From Pirellulales bacterium (GTDB lineage Bacteria > Planctomycetota > Planctomycetia > Pirellulales > UBA1268): a DNA stretch of 64,000 nucleotides. Made by a program: the position numbers and the translations under genes. Position 1 is the first letter of the stretch. Each line of letters begins with the position of its first letter. The DNA is taken from positions 807-64,806 of the forward strand of contig JALIAA010000092.1 of NCBI GenBank assembly GCA_030577455.1. Direction: 5' to 3'. Positions 10,348 to 21,285 of this stretch are shown piece by piece. The notes beneath the pieces are model-generated. The model saw nothing but the letters and a program-made list of their open reading frames with translations. It searched no databases and was not told the DNA's origin.

Positions 10348-11236
10348 GGTACTCGCTCGTATCGGGCGGCTTGACCTCAGAGCTCAGGCCGTTGTCGAGG
10401 GAGTTCTTGCGGGGATGCATAAAAGCCCTTACAAGGGAAACTCCGTCGAGTTTCTTCAGCACCGTGAATACACACGAGGAGACGACCTCAGACGCGTCGA
10501 CTGGAAGGTCTGGGGACGGCAAGACAGGTTCTACGTCAAGGAATACGAGAACGAGACGAACCTTCGACTGTTTCTTCTTGTTGATGGCTCTGCGAGCATG
10601 GACTATGTCCCGCCTCGTTTTGAACGTGCCCCGGGATTAACAAAATACGACTATGCAGCCACACTAGCAGCCAGCCTTGCCTGGCTTGGACTTTCCCAAG
10701 GTGATGCGGTTGGTGCGTCTATTTTTGATGACCAGATTCGAACCAATGTTCCACCAAGAACAAATCGCTCTCACCTCAACAGCCTTATTGCTGGCTTTGA
10801 AAAGCCTCGTCAGCGGCACGCCTCCGATTTTCATGCTGTCCTGCGAAACCTTGCGGAGAATTTACCGCGCCGAGGATTAGTAATAATTTTCTCAGACTTA
10901 TTTGGGGATAGGGATGCACTCAGCAAAGGACTCCAGGTCCTGAGGCAGAGAGGGCACGATGTTGCTATCTGTCACATACTCGACGACGACGAAATAGACT
11001 TTCCTTTCGATGGCCCAACCCGCTTTGAGGGGCTTGAGGCAGGCGGAGAAATCAGTTGCAATCCGCGTGCTTTACGAGATGGATATATTGAAGCGATGGA
11101 AAAATTTCTTGCAGAAGTGCGGAGTCGGTCGGCTGCCTCTCAATGCGACTATCAACTCGCAAGAACAAGTCAGGCCGTAGATAAAACTCTTGTAAATTTT
11201 CTGTCTCGACGCTCCAGAACACGCGGAAGATCATAG
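10301..11236 (+). CDS. DUF58 domain protein (MoxR partner, VWA-like)
   Basis: [61 protein letters not shown] is the DUF58 signature ending in DxSxS. ORF track start 10169 trimmed to ATG 10301, a 47-nt overlap with the ATPase gene. Confidence 0.85.
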   Translation: MNSRVTPASKQYLPPEVLARIGRLDLRAQAVVEGVLAGMHKSPYKGNSVEFLQHREYTRGDDLRRVDWKVWGRQDRFYVKEYENETNLRLFLLVDGSASMDYVPPRFERAPGLTKYDYAATLAASLAWLGLSQGDAVGASIFDDQIRTNVPPRTNRSHLNSLIAGFEKPRQRHASDFHAVLRNLAENLPRRGLVIIFSDLFGDRDALSKGLQVLRQRGHDVAICHILDDDEIDFPFDGPTRFEGLEAGGEISCNPRALRDGYIEAMEKFLAEVRSRSAASQCDYQLARTSQAVDKTLVNFLSRRSRTRGRS

Positions 11237-11285
11237 TTTAGATTTTCTCATTTTTGATTCTCCACAGTGAAAAAAAGTCATACCG

Positions 11286-13586
11286 ATGCCAACATTTGAC
11301 TTCATGACGTTACTGTGGTGGGGGCTGCCATTTGCTGCAGCGCCAGTAATCATTCATCTCATAAATCTGCTACGACATCGAGTCATCCGTTGGCCAGCAA
11401 TGGAGTTCCTCCTTGCGAGCCAACGGAAGTACCGCACTCGTATTCTTTTAAAGCAACTTCTTCTGCTCCTGCTCCGAATTCTGGCAATCGTCGGCCTTGC
11501 TCTGCTATTTGCACAGCCTCGCTGGGATAGAAATCTCGGTGGTGTTCTTGGGAGCAACCGAACAAGACACGTCGTCCTCCTCGACGACAGCTACTCCATG
11601 GGTGAAGTGTTCGGCATTGGTGAATCATCTGACTTACCTGCGACGACCGCGATGAGCCGCGGCCGCAAGATGGTAGAACGTCTGCTTGAAGAACTCGCAG
11701 CAACACCTGGCCAGCAGGACTTTTCTCTTGGCCGTCTTTCCCGGCTTCAACGAACCTTCCCGGGCGATTTAAATAACACTGGCGATACAACCACCGATGA
11801 GCAACTTTTTGACATCTATGCCGAGGCGATTACACCACAAAACCTCGACTCTGTACGTACCGATGTTCAAAAGATTCGAACTTCATCCAGCACAACTGAG
11901 ATTGCCCCAGGAATTCGGAACATTGCACCAATGTTTGCCGGAGATGACGGGTCCGGTGTTCTCTGGCTCATAACTGATCTGAGAAGCAACGACTGGCGTG
12001 CTTCTGAAGACATCGCCAACCTATTAAAACCACTGGCAGACACAGGAATTGAAATTCACATCGTCGATACGGCAACAACTGAATCTGACACAGAATTTTT
12101 GCAAAATCTGGCACGATCAAATCTTACCGTCGAACGAGTTGAAATGATTGGTGGCACGCCTGTTTCCAACGTACTTCTCCCATGGGAAGTCACTGTTCGC
12201 AACTACTCGTCATCACCCTCGGGACAAGTGTCTCTTACTATCCGAGAAGATCGGCTTGAACGGCCTGGAATACAAATAGATTCAATTCCACCGGGTGACA
12301 TTGCCACCGCTCGATTTGAGTCTCGATTTCAGAACACGGGCAGTCATACGGTTGAAGTTGAATTACCAGCGGACCGTCTGCCACTCGATAACCGCCGGAC
12401 CGCCGTTGTTGAAGCGGTCGATGAGGCTGAAGTCCTTCTCATTACAACAAGTGACCGAAAAAACCTTGAGGATGATGCCTTTTATCTCGCAACTGCACTG
12501 AACCCAGGCGCAACTGCAGCAACAGGACTACGGCCACGTATTGAGCAACCTCGTGCCCTTACAACACTCGAACTCAAACGTTTTGACTCTATATGGCTTC
12601 TTGATGTGCCACGACTTGATGCAAGGGCAATCAGACCGTTGGAAGACTACGCTAGAAACGGCGGCGGTGTCGTTTTCTTTGTCGGCCCAAAGACAGACTA
12701 CAAATCAATAAATGAATTTCTCTTTCGTAACGGGCAAGGTGTTTTCCCCGTTCCTCTAGCTGGTGCTGTTGATCTTCTGAAGGACCAACAAAATCCAAAT
12801 GCCCCTGACATCGTTGCTGAAGAACATCCCATCGTCGCTATTCTTAGTGGTCGTCGAAATCCGTTTCTCGATGCTGTTGGTGTTGATCGCTATATGGCGG
12901 TCGACCGTTCGTTTCAGGCTCCTGTCGGCTCCGGCCTTCGTCGACTTTTATCGCTAAGAAACAAAGCATTTTTTGCCGTTGAGAAGCCATTCGGTGAAGG
13001 CATGGGAGTCGCATTTCTCTCAACGGCTGCACCCACCTGGAACAATTGGGCTCGCAATAACCCGAGCTGGGTTGTTGTCATGCTCGAACTTGAAAGGCAC
13101 CTTGCCAGACTTCAGCGAGAACAAGACGCAGTTCTTGTCGGGCAGCCAATCACGATCAACCTGCAACAGGGTATTGATCAAGTTGATGTTGATTTCATTT
13201 TGCCCCCAGACGATCGCATCGTGCAAGAAGTTGCGTCCATTGATCAGAACGGCAATCTTGCAACTGCGATGAAAGACACGTACGAACCAGGCACGTACAA
13301 GGCCCGCTGGCAAACTGTTTCTGGAACTCGACGAGAAGTGGCAACAGCCGTCAACATCAATCCGACTGAAGGCAATCTAGAGCGAGTTTCGCTCTCTGAT
13401 TTACCTGATTCCCTACCCGGCATCCCGTTCTCATACGACAGAGCGGACGACCTTGAGCCTCGTAATGAGAGTCATGGTGGTACATCTTTGGTCCGGCCCT
13501 TATTACTCATTTTGCTTATCGTCTTGGTCTGTGAACAAATGCTGGGCTATGCCGTGAGCTACCACAGAACAAGCAAGAGATCATAA
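11286..13586 (+). CDS. BatA-like protein (aerotolerance-regulator N-terminal double-TM domain) with VWA-like and GATase1-like regions
   Basis: N-terminus LLWWGLPFAAAPVIIHLINLLRHRVIRWPAMEFL; VVLLDDSYSMG; FDSIWLLDVPRLDARAIRPLEDYARNGGGVVFFVGP; C-terminal TM LLLILLIVLVCEQML. Confidence 0.75.
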   Translation: MPTFDFMTLLWWGLPFAAAPVIIHLINLLRHRVIRWPAMEFLLASQRKYRTRILLKQLLLLLLRILAIVGLALLFAQPRWDRNLGGVLGSNRTRHVVLLDDSYSMGEVFGIGESSDLPATTAMSRGRKMVERLLEELAATPGQQDFSLGRLSRLQRTFPGDLNNTGDTTTDEQLFDIYAEAITPQNLDSVRTDVQKIRTSSSTTEIAPGIRNIAPMFAGDDGSGVLWLITDLRSNDWRASEDIANLLKPLADTGIEIHIVDTATTESDTEFLQNLARSNLTVERVEMIGGTPVSNVLLPWEVTVRNYSSSPSGQVSLTIREDRLERPGIQIDSIPPGDIATARFESRFQNTGSHTVEVELPADRLPLDNRRTAVVEAVDEAEVLLITTSDRKNLEDDAFYLATALNPGATAATGLRPRIEQPRALTTLELKRFDSIWLLDVPRLDARAIRPLEDYARNGGGVVFFVGPKTDYKSINEFLFRNGQGVFPVPLAGAVDLLKDQQNPNAPDIVAEEHPIVAILSGRRNPFLDAVGVDRYMAVDRSFQAPVGSGLRRLLSLRNKAFFAVEKPFGEGMGVAFLSTAAPTWNNWARNNPSWVVVMLELERHLARLQREQDAVLVGQPITINLQQGIDQVDVDFILPPDDRIVQEVASIDQNGNLATAMKDTYEPGTYKARWQTVSGTRREVATAVNINPTEGNLERVSLSDLPDSLPGIPFSYDRADDLEPRNESHGGTSLVRPLLLILLIVLVCEQMLGYAVSYHRTSKRS

Positions 13587-13608
13587 ACCTTTCCTTTTCA
13601 GTCTGACG

Positions 13609-16080
13609 ATGATGCATAACATTTCTGACACCATAGCGCACACTTTATTCTGCGTGACAGAGCATGTTGATTACCGTATCTCAAGCGGCCTTCTTGACAG
13701 CTTTTCAGAATGGTGGCACATGCCCGCGCTCGTGGCATGTGTAGCAACTGTGGCAGCATTCGTATTGTGGATTTATCACTGTGATGCTGCTGAAATACCT
13801 CGCTGGAAAGGTGCGCCTCTGGCAATGCTACGTATCTTTGCGTGGATCATCTTACTTCTCGGCTTACTCGACATCAGCCGCACAGCAGAACATGAAATCA
13901 GTTTTCCATCCCGAGTGGCTGTGCTTGTTGACGGAAGTGCGAGTATGACGCTGGCTGCAAATACTGGACCCGTTGACGCGGCACCGAACCAGACAGCAGG
14001 AGAGATGAGTCGAGCAAAGGTAGCGAAAGACATTCTTCACAACGGCTCCCTTGTCACTTCCCTTCGTGAGGTGCATGAGGTGTCGGTGTGGAGTTTTTCA
14101 ACCGATTCCGAAAAACTTGTCTTACTTCCTCAGGAGACACAACAAACCGAGCGTCCCGAGGTACAGGACGCCCCTCAGGAATGGCATGATAAATTGCTCT
14201 CACAGGGAACGGAAACACGGCTCGGCGATGCTCTCCTGAATGTCGTACGGCGTGAACCTGACGAATCACTTGCTGGTATTATCCTCCTCACGGATGGTGG
14301 AAATAATGCGGGAGTGGACCCAATACAAGCGGCAGCTACGATCGCCAATTCACCGACCGAAGTGCATGTTATAGGACTTGGATCAGAACGATTGCCTGCA
14401 AACGTGCGAGTAGCTGATCTCCTCGCTCCACCACGTATTTTTCCTGGCGACAGTTTTAGTATCACTGGTTATCTCCAGAGTCAGGGCCTCGAAGGCGAGA
14501 TCGCTCAAGTTGAACTTCTTGAAGCTGAAGCGGGCACTATGATCGATGCTTCTTCCAAGGAACCTACTGGCCGCGTCATAGACACAACTGAAGTACGATT
14601 AGCGGCTGATGGTGAACTCTTAGCCGTACGTTTTGATCTAGATGGCCTGGACAATCCAGGCAGCCGTGTACTTGCAATCCGTGTAATCCCCCCACAAACG
14701 GATAGTCGCTCAGGAGATAATTTAGAAGCTGCAGACATTGAAGTTGTCGATGCAAAAACTCAGGTATTACTTTTATCTGGTGGACCGAGTCGGGAATATC
14801 GTTTCTTAAGGAATGTACTTCAGAGAGACCAGAGTTTTGCTGTTGATGTTCTTTTGAATTCGGCACCGTCAGGAATATCGCAAGATGCTCGTAAAATTCT
14901 TAATGGCTTTCCAGAAAGTAGGGAAGCACTTGATGAATATGATGTTATCGTTGCAATTGACTACGACTGGGAACAATTAGACCCCGCATCGACCGCTCGC
15001 CTTGAGCGTTGGGTGAGCGAAGACTCTGGAGGTCTTTTCTTTGTCGCTGGTAACGTTTTTATGGAAAGTTGGCTGACAGACCGACGCTTTGAGGCAATCC
15101 GAAATCTTCACCCTGTTGAACTTCGCCGCGGTGAGCAGATCATGCTTACGCCGCAACTCTCCGCCATCGATCCACTCCCACTCCGTTTCAGTCCTGACGG
15201 CAAGGAAAGTGAGTTTTTATGGCTTTCTTCAAATCCTATTGCGAGCCAGACCATCTGGAGTGAATTCCCAGGATTCTACGCATGCTTTGATACATCGGTC
15301 GCTAAACCCGGAGCCACCGTTTATGCCAGAATTGGTCGGGACGAGGGACTTGGTCGTACCCGCGAAGGACCGATCTATTTTGCGGGCCAACTCTACGGAT
15401 CTGGCACAGTCTTTTATGCAGGGAGTGGAGAACTCTGGCGAATACGTGGTGTCGATCCAGCCGCTCATGAACGGCTCGTCACGCAGACAGTCCGGCACGT
15501 TGCCAAAGGACGACTTCTACGAGGCTCAAGTCGGGGCAGACTCATGCTTGAACGCGATCGTTATCCGGTTGGAGAGACCATTATCGCGCGTATCATGGAC
15601 ACCTCGGATGACATTCGGCCCGAAATCGAAGCAGTCAGTCCTGATGGACAACGAATTCAGGTACCCATTGTCTCAGATCCAGTTCGAGCTGGTGGTCTCC
15701 AAGGCAGTTTTGTCGTAACGAGTGAAGGTAGCTGGCAGATCGTCCTCACTATTGATGGCAACAAAAATGACCGGACCGTTCGTCGGATTCAAGCAACATT
15801 ACCAGACCGTGAACTGGCCCAACCAAAACTTGAGCGAGAGATTTTAAGTCAGGTTGCTCTGACTACAGGTGGCTCCAGCTGGTTTCCAACTGGACCAACA
15901 ATGAATACGGCTGACGTCACAAAGATAGTCAACTCGCTCAAAGACCGCTCTCGTAAAGAATATGAAACCGGTGAAAATGACAAAACATTCAAAAAGACTT
16001 TGAACAGCTTTTTACTGGGTATTGGAATTTTCCTCCTCTGTAGTGAGTGGATTCTACGAAGATTGGTAAAACTCGCGTAG
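13609..16080 (+). CDS. Membrane-anchored von Willebrand factor A (VWA) domain protein (BatB-like)
   Basis: TM helices, then MIDAS elements [33 protein letters not shown]. GATase1-like block YDVIVAIDYDW...DSGGLFFVAG. C-terminal TM LLGIGIFLLCSEWIL. Confidence 0.75.
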   Translation: MMHNISDTIAHTLFCVTEHVDYRISSGLLDSFSEWWHMPALVACVATVAAFVLWIYHCDAAEIPRWKGAPLAMLRIFAWIILLLGLLDISRTAEHEISFPSRVAVLVDGSASMTLAANTGPVDAAPNQTAGEMSRAKVAKDILHNGSLVTSLREVHEVSVWSFSTDSEKLVLLPQETQQTERPEVQDAPQEWHDKLLSQGTETRLGDALLNVVRREPDESLAGIILLTDGGNNAGVDPIQAAATIANSPTEVHVIGLGSERLPANVRVADLLAPPRIFPGDSFSITGYLQSQGLEGEIAQVELLEAEAGTMIDASSKEPTGRVIDTTEVRLAADGELLAVRFDLDGLDNPGSRVLAIRVIPPQTDSRSGDNLEAADIEVVDAKTQVLLLSGGPSREYRFLRNVLQRDQSFAVDVLLNSAPSGISQDARKILNGFPESREALDEYDVIVAIDYDWEQLDPASTARLERWVSEDSGGLFFVAGNVFMESWLTDRRFEAIRNLHPVELRRGEQIMLTPQLSAIDPLPLRFSPDGKESEFLWLSSNPIASQTIWSEFPGFYACFDTSVAKPGATVYARIGRDEGLGRTREGPIYFAGQLYGSGTVFYAGSGELWRIRGVDPAAHERLVTQTVRHVAKGRLLRGSSRGRLMLERDRYPVGETIIARIMDTSDDIRPEIEAVSPDGQRIQVPIVSDPVRAGGLQGSFVVTSEGSWQIVLTIDGNKNDRTVRRIQATLPDRELAQPKLEREILSQVALTTGGSSWFPTGPTMNTADVTKIVNSLKDRSRKEYETGENDKTFKKTLNSFLLGIGIFLLCSEWILRRLVKLA

Positions 16081-16117
16081 GCTATTTGCCAGCAAACTGG
16101 CTTCAGAGTCACTTATT

Positions 16118-18421
16118 ATGATTGCTTCAAGTATTCCACTGAAAACAGAACCAGAAACTGGTCAACAACCACGTAGCAAGATGCATGGTTCACCAAACGA
16201 CTACAAGCTTTCTCAGTTTCTCAAGCGAATACGGAAACGAGCTCGGCGATGGATCTTCATTGAGGCGATTTCACTGATTGGGCTATCGATAGCGGCGTGG
16301 TTTTGGAGCACACTTCTACTTGACTGGCTCATTGAACCTCCGCCAGTAGTGCGGTTCCTGTCTGCAGGAGCACTTTGCCTTTGGGTCAGCACGATTATTC
16401 TAAACCGGCTCATCAGGAGGTTGCGTGCGCCATTACGCGATGAGCAGCTTGCATTACTTGTTGAACGAACACACCCAGAGTTACAGGACAGTCTTTCGAC
16501 AGCAGTAGAACTGCGTCTCGTTGAAACACAGTCGACTTCGTCAACAATTGATGTCACCCTTCTTGACCGCACAACGTCGATTGCTGCAGCATCTATCAAG
16601 CGAATAACGATGGGCCGCCTCTTCAGACGAACTCATCTTCTGCGGAAAGCTGGGCTGAGTGGTTTTTTTGTTGGAACAATGGCTGCGGTGCTCGTTCTCC
16701 TACCGACTGTTCGCGAAACATGGGCCCAACGGATGCTGCTGTTGAGGGACACCCCCTGGCCACGGCAGGTTACTCTTTCGATAGCTGGCTTTCCCGATGG
16801 TGTCCGAAGAGTCGCCCGGGGAGTAGATGTTGAAATTCTTGTGACGGCTCGATCCACCGGAGACTTACCCAAATTTGTTGAGCTACAACACCAAGGAAAA
16901 GATGGCTGGACGACTCACCGCATGGGGACTCGCGGTACTTCCGAGGAGAAAAGCCAACTGTTTACGTACATCATTAAGAAACCAAAAGAGGATCTGGCCA
17001 TTGAGGTTCGCGGAGGTGACGGCAGGCTTCGAGACTTGCGTCTCGACGTAGTAGAGCCTCCTTCATTAGCTAACATCAACCTGCAAATCACTCCGCCTGA
17101 GTACATCGGTGGCAAGCCAAGGCCCCTTGCTGCAACTCGTCTTGTCGAAGTACCAGCAGGCTCCACTCTCTCGATCACCGCTGAATCATCAAAGCCGTTA
17201 TCCGGAGCGACCATCCGTTCAATACCTATGCCATCGGCACCACAGAAACTCACCACGGACACACAAGCCTCCAACGCTCAGGCTATGGAAAAAGATTCTC
17301 TTGTCGCACAACTCACAACTGAGTTACCGGAAACATCTAGACAAAACGTTTCTCTTGAAAAATCACCAAAGAGCATCTCTGGAACACTCGGGCCAGTACT
17401 CGACGATTGTATTTTAGATATTCAGTTTACTGATACTACTGGCATTACAAACCAGAAGCCCATTCGCTTTCAACTACTCTCTCGGCCGGACCTGCCTCCA
17501 GAAATTGAAGTCACTCCTGATGGCATCTCATCAGTAATCACAACCTCTGCAGCCATTCCGATTACGGGCAGGATCCAAGATGATCATGGGCTCGCTGAGG
17601 CAACAGTCTCTCTTCGACGCGTCACAGACATCGCTGCTGACTCAACTGACACCGAACTCCAGCAGACATCGATTTCGCTCGCCACCGAATCATCTACCGT
17701 ACTTGATCTCGTCAAAGGGGCATCACCTCGCATTGAATCGGCATCACTGCCTGCCAAAGTGGGTGATGAACTGGAACTCATCGTCTCTGCAAAAGATATG
17801 TGCGGTCTTGCGGGTGGCCCTCAAACAAGTACTACAGAGCCTTGGCGACTTCGTGTTGTTTCACCAGAGGTACTACTGGCAATGCTCGAGGCCAGAGAGG
17901 TCATTCTGCGTCGCCGATTCGAGAGCCTGATTGGTGATTTTCAGCAGAAACGGGACCGGGTAGTAACCGATGTCACAGCAAAGGAAGCAGGCAACGAGAC
18001 AACAACATCCCAACTTGCTGAGGCGACTTCCAGGGCTAACGGAGAAACCACTGAGATCGCAGCATCATTCCGAGATATCTCGGATGAATTATTCAACAAC
18101 CGGGTTCTTACTGCACCGCTCGAGGAACGTCTTCTGAATCAGATCGCAACGCCGCTTGAAAAGATTGTAAGTGGACCAATCGAGCAATTACGCCTCGCAG
18201 TCTACGACTCGGACCAGCCAACAGACGCAAATAGCCTCATTAAGATGGCTGATATCTGCCTTGATCGCATGCGGTCTGTGCTTGATAAAATGATTGAATT
18301 GGAGACGTATAATGAAGTTATCGACTCCCTCCGCACTCTTATCGAGCAACAGCAGTCGATTCGTGGAGAAACAAGTAAGCAACAAAAGCAACGTGCCCGT
18401 GACGTGCTGAAGGGACTGTAA
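16118..18421 (+). CDS. Membrane protein of unknown function (two N-terminal TM helices, long helical C-terminus; DUF4175-like by recollection)
   Basis: 767-aa ORF with ATG start. TM helices WIFIEAISLIGLSIAAWFW and FLSAGALCLWVSTIILN, then LALLVERTHPELQDSLSTAVEL. Gap of 37 nt to the upstream gene and 14 nt to the downstream gene. Confidence 0.6.
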   Translation: MIASSIPLKTEPETGQQPRSKMHGSPNDYKLSQFLKRIRKRARRWIFIEAISLIGLSIAAWFWSTLLLDWLIEPPPVVRFLSAGALCLWVSTIILNRLIRRLRAPLRDEQLALLVERTHPELQDSLSTAVELRLVETQSTSSTIDVTLLDRTTSIAAASIKRITMGRLFRRTHLLRKAGLSGFFVGTMAAVLVLLPTVRETWAQRMLLLRDTPWPRQVTLSIAGFPDGVRRVARGVDVEILVTARSTGDLPKFVELQHQGKDGWTTHRMGTRGTSEEKSQLFTYIIKKPKEDLAIEVRGGDGRLRDLRLDVVEPPSLANINLQITPPEYIGGKPRPLAATRLVEVPAGSTLSITAESSKPLSGATIRSIPMPSAPQKLTTDTQASNAQAMEKDSLVAQLTTELPETSRQNVSLEKSPKSISGTLGPVLDDCILDIQFTDTTGITNQKPIRFQLLSRPDLPPEIEVTPDGISSVITTSAAIPITGRIQDDHGLAEATVSLRRVTDIAADSTDTELQQTSISLATESSTVLDLVKGASPRIESASLPAKVGDELELIVSAKDMCGLAGGPQTSTTEPWRLRVVSPEVLLAMLEAREVILRRRFESLIGDFQQKRDRVVTDVTAKEAGNETTTSQLAEATSRANGETTEIAASFRDISDELFNNRVLTAPLEERLLNQIATPLEKIVSGPIEQLRLAVYDSDQPTDANSLIKMADICLDRMRSVLDKMIELETYNEVIDSLRTLIEQQQSIRGETSKQQKQRARDVLKGL

Positions 18422-18435
18422 GGCAATTTCCCCAA

Positions 18436-20070
18436 ATGCTGACGCACAGCCAACACAACACCGCCCAGCTATCCTTTGTGAACTCTACTTTCACACGGTG
18501 TCTTCTTGTCGGTATAGGCATTACGATCACCTCAGCAGCACCAGGATGGGCACAAACTGTCTCACCACCAAACTCACAACTTGCCGAAAGGGAACGTGCA
18601 CTCAGCACTCGAATGCGTGAATTGGAGGCAACCTTCCTTCGCCTCGCAGACCTTCTTGACACAACCGATCCACGTAGAGCGACTACCCTTCGTTCAGCAT
18701 TCGAGCAAGCAAGAGAACTTGAGGTGACTGATCGTCTCGATACGATTGTTGAACTGCTGGAAAAGGGTCAGCTATTGAAAGCAGGTACTGGTCAAGATGC
18801 TGCTATTGACCGCCTGCGTGAGTTACTCGCCGTGCTTGAGTCTGGAGAAAACAGAAAAACAGTCACTGACTCGAAGAAAAAAGTGAAAGAGTTTCTCGGA
18901 CGAATAAATAATCTCATTGCTCGACAAATGGGCCTTGAGGGAACAACAGAAGCCGGAGGCAACCCTGACGAGATAGCAAAGAAACAAAACACTCTTGAGG
19001 ACGACACTCAGGCACTCGCTGAAGATGTTGACGCGTTTCGTCGAGAGTCCGCCAATGCTGCGGGCGTAAAGCCACAAAGTGATTCCGACGACAAGCCACA
19101 ATCAGAATCAGCGAAGGATGGTTCTCCAAATGAATCATCCGAAGGGCAGGGGGGCGAGAACAGCAACTCACCTGATCAAGACAGTGACTCAGGTGAGAAA
19201 AAAAGTAACCAACAGGAACCCCAAGGAAATGATGAAGTTTCTCGAGCAGACCGAACAAATCGACGACTTGAGGCGGCCCGTTCACGTATGCAGGAAGCAA
19301 AAGAGAAACTTGATGCTGTCGAGCCAGAAGCCGCTCGAAAAGAGCAGGAAAAAGCATTAGCCGAATTAGAGGCAGCTCGAGCTGAACTTGAAGAAATCCT
19401 TCGACAACTCCGCGAAGAAGAGATTGAGCGTCTCTTAGTCAAACTCGAGGCACGAATCCGAGACATGCTACGGGCAGAACGAATGATTCTCCGGGGGGTC
19501 GAGCAACTCTCGAATGAGACGGCCACAACAAGTAAACGAGAACGAGAACTTGAGTCCACTCGGCTTGGATCTGAACAAAATGTGATTACTGCAAACATCA
19601 CGCGGGCATTGACACTTGTCCGCGATGATGGCTCGGCGGTAGCAATACCAGAAGCCCTTCAGCAGATCAGAGAAGACTCCTCATTGGCAGCAGATCGGCT
19701 CAAGAGAAGTGACTACGGTTCATTCACACAAGGTATCGTTGAAGGCTTGGTGGGCAGCCTGGAAGAACTTCTGTCAGCTCTCGAGCGAGCAGAGCGCGAG
19801 CAGCAGGACAGGCAGGAACAGGGACAGGCTCGTGGTCGACCTGCAAAACCCGGCGAGCAGCCACTCGTAGACAAAATCGCAGAACTTAAAATGTTGCGGA
19901 TTCTCCAAACACGGGTAAACGGAAGAACATCCCGGTTTTCCGACCTACTCAACGAGGGGACTGAACAGGCTTCAGAAACTGAATTAATCGAGGCCCTTGG
20001 AAGGCTGGCGAATCGACAGGAGCGAGTAGAGCGTGCTGCTCATGATATCGCAACAGGCCGCACTGAGTAA
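18436..20070 (+). CDS. Secreted acidic coiled-coil protein, unknown function
   Basis: Signal peptide LLVGIGITITSAAPGWAQ. Heptad-like E/R/L/A-rich sequence throughout, with a D/E/S/Q low-complexity segment (KPQSDSDDKPQSESAKDGSPNESSEGQGGENSNSPDQDSDSGEKK). Confidence 0.6.
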   Translation: MLTHSQHNTAQLSFVNSTFTRCLLVGIGITITSAAPGWAQTVSPPNSQLAERERALSTRMRELEATFLRLADLLDTTDPRRATTLRSAFEQARELEVTDRLDTIVELLEKGQLLKAGTGQDAAIDRLRELLAVLESGENRKTVTDSKKKVKEFLGRINNLIARQMGLEGTTEAGGNPDEIAKKQNTLEDDTQALAEDVDAFRRESANAAGVKPQSDSDDKPQSESAKDGSPNESSEGQGGENSNSPDQDSDSGEKKSNQQEPQGNDEVSRADRTNRRLEAARSRMQEAKEKLDAVEPEAARKEQEKALAELEAARAELEEILRQLREEEIERLLVKLEARIRDMLRAERMILRGVEQLSNETATTSKRERELESTRLGSEQNVITANITRALTLVRDDGSAVAIPEALQQIREDSSLAADRLKRSDYGSFTQGIVEGLVGSLEELLSALERAEREQQDRQEQGQARGRPAKPGEQPLVDKIAELKMLRILQTRVNGRTSRFSDLLNEGTEQASETELIEALGRLANRQERVERAAHDIATGRTE

Positions 20071-20180
20071 TCGAAAAATGTGGCTCGGAGTATACTCTGA
20101 TGATGGCGTTTCTCTGCTCGAACAATACAATGACGATACTTCACATCCTGAGTCCCTCAGGAGGCAACACTTTGCAACGA

Positions 20181-21266
20181 ATGAACGCAGCTCGACTCTC
20201 TGTAGCGATTGCCTGTCTTTGCACCTGTCTTGTCTTGACGGATCCCGCACATTTGCGTGCAGAGGGAACACCGATTTCCCGAGATTCCTCCGAAAACCTT
20301 ACCCCGCAGGATGAGCTTGCACGAAGAGCCAGTTGGAGCCAACCAAGCGAGACGGAAAATACCAAGCGACTAGAAAAGTGGCTTTCGGACCAAACGAAAA
20401 CAAGCCAGGAAAGAGCAACTCTAGCAACGACTACACCACGCAAGGGCATGGATGCTCTTGACTATCTCATGCAGGTCATCTGCGCTGTTGAGAAACAACA
20501 CCAAGGATTGCTTACTGACATCTCGTCCATGCCTCCCATTGAAATCATCCGCTTAACAGAGAAACTGAATCGGACTGAAAACGATACATTTGCTATCGAG
20601 ACAATTCGTTTGTGGACTGCCCGAAAGTTAATCCGGCTCGGCCGTTATGACGAGGCAGCACTGCTCCTCGATGGGCTACCCCTTGACTCCAGTGTTGACC
20701 CCACGACTTTACTTTTCTGCAAGGCTGCCTGTGAGTATTGGCTACTGGAAATTGAGGAGGCTGCACAAAGTGTCGCCAAACTACTTGAGAGAGAAAAAGA
20801 GCTACCCGTCCGATACCGACAACTTGCCTTGCTCTTGGAAACAGACATAACCTCACTCAAAGAAGATTCTCTCGATCACATTTCTCGGCGAATGAGAGAC
20901 GTAACACGACGACTTGAACTCGGGCATGCTGGGCCCGGGGTACAAGCGGTCCAGAGTGGGGTCATTGATTCACTCGACAAACTGATTAAGAAACTCGAAG
21001 AACAAAAAAAACAGCAGGCTTCTGGAGGTGCAGGCAGTGCCGGTGGCAGCATGTCCGATGGTCGGCCGATGGAAGACAGCCAACTCGCTGGTGGGAAAGG
21101 CCGTGGTGAAGTAAAAAAACGAGAACTCGGTGAAACTGATGAATGGGGCGATCTCCCACCCCGCGAGAGAGAAGACGCCTTGCAGCAAATCGGCAGAGAC
21201 TATCCAGCGCACTACCGAGAGGCGATTGAACAGTACTTCAAGCGACTTGCAACGGGCAAGCCATAA
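20181..21266 (+). CDS. Secreted helical protein, unknown function
   Basis: ORF track 20100..21266. ATG 20181 gives signal peptide MNAARLSVAIACLCTCLVLTDPAHLRAEG (ATG 20130 is also possible). C-terminal motif WGDLPPREREDALQQIGRDYPAHYREAIEQYFKRLA. Confidence 0.55.
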   Translation: MNAARLSVAIACLCTCLVLTDPAHLRAEGTPISRDSSENLTPQDELARRASWSQPSETENTKRLEKWLSDQTKTSQERATLATTTPRKGMDALDYLMQVICAVEKQHQGLLTDISSMPPIEIIRLTEKLNRTENDTFAIETIRLWTARKLIRLGRYDEAALLLDGLPLDSSVDPTTLLFCKAACEYWLLEIEEAAQSVAKLLEREKELPVRYRQLALLLETDITSLKEDSLDHISRRMRDVTRRLELGHAGPGVQAVQSGVIDSLDKLIKKLEEQKKQQASGGAGSAGGSMSDGRPMEDSQLAGGKGRGEVKKRELGETDEWGDLPPREREDALQQIGRDYPAHYREAIEQYFKRLATGKP

Positions 21267-21285
21267 AACGAACGGAAGAAATGAA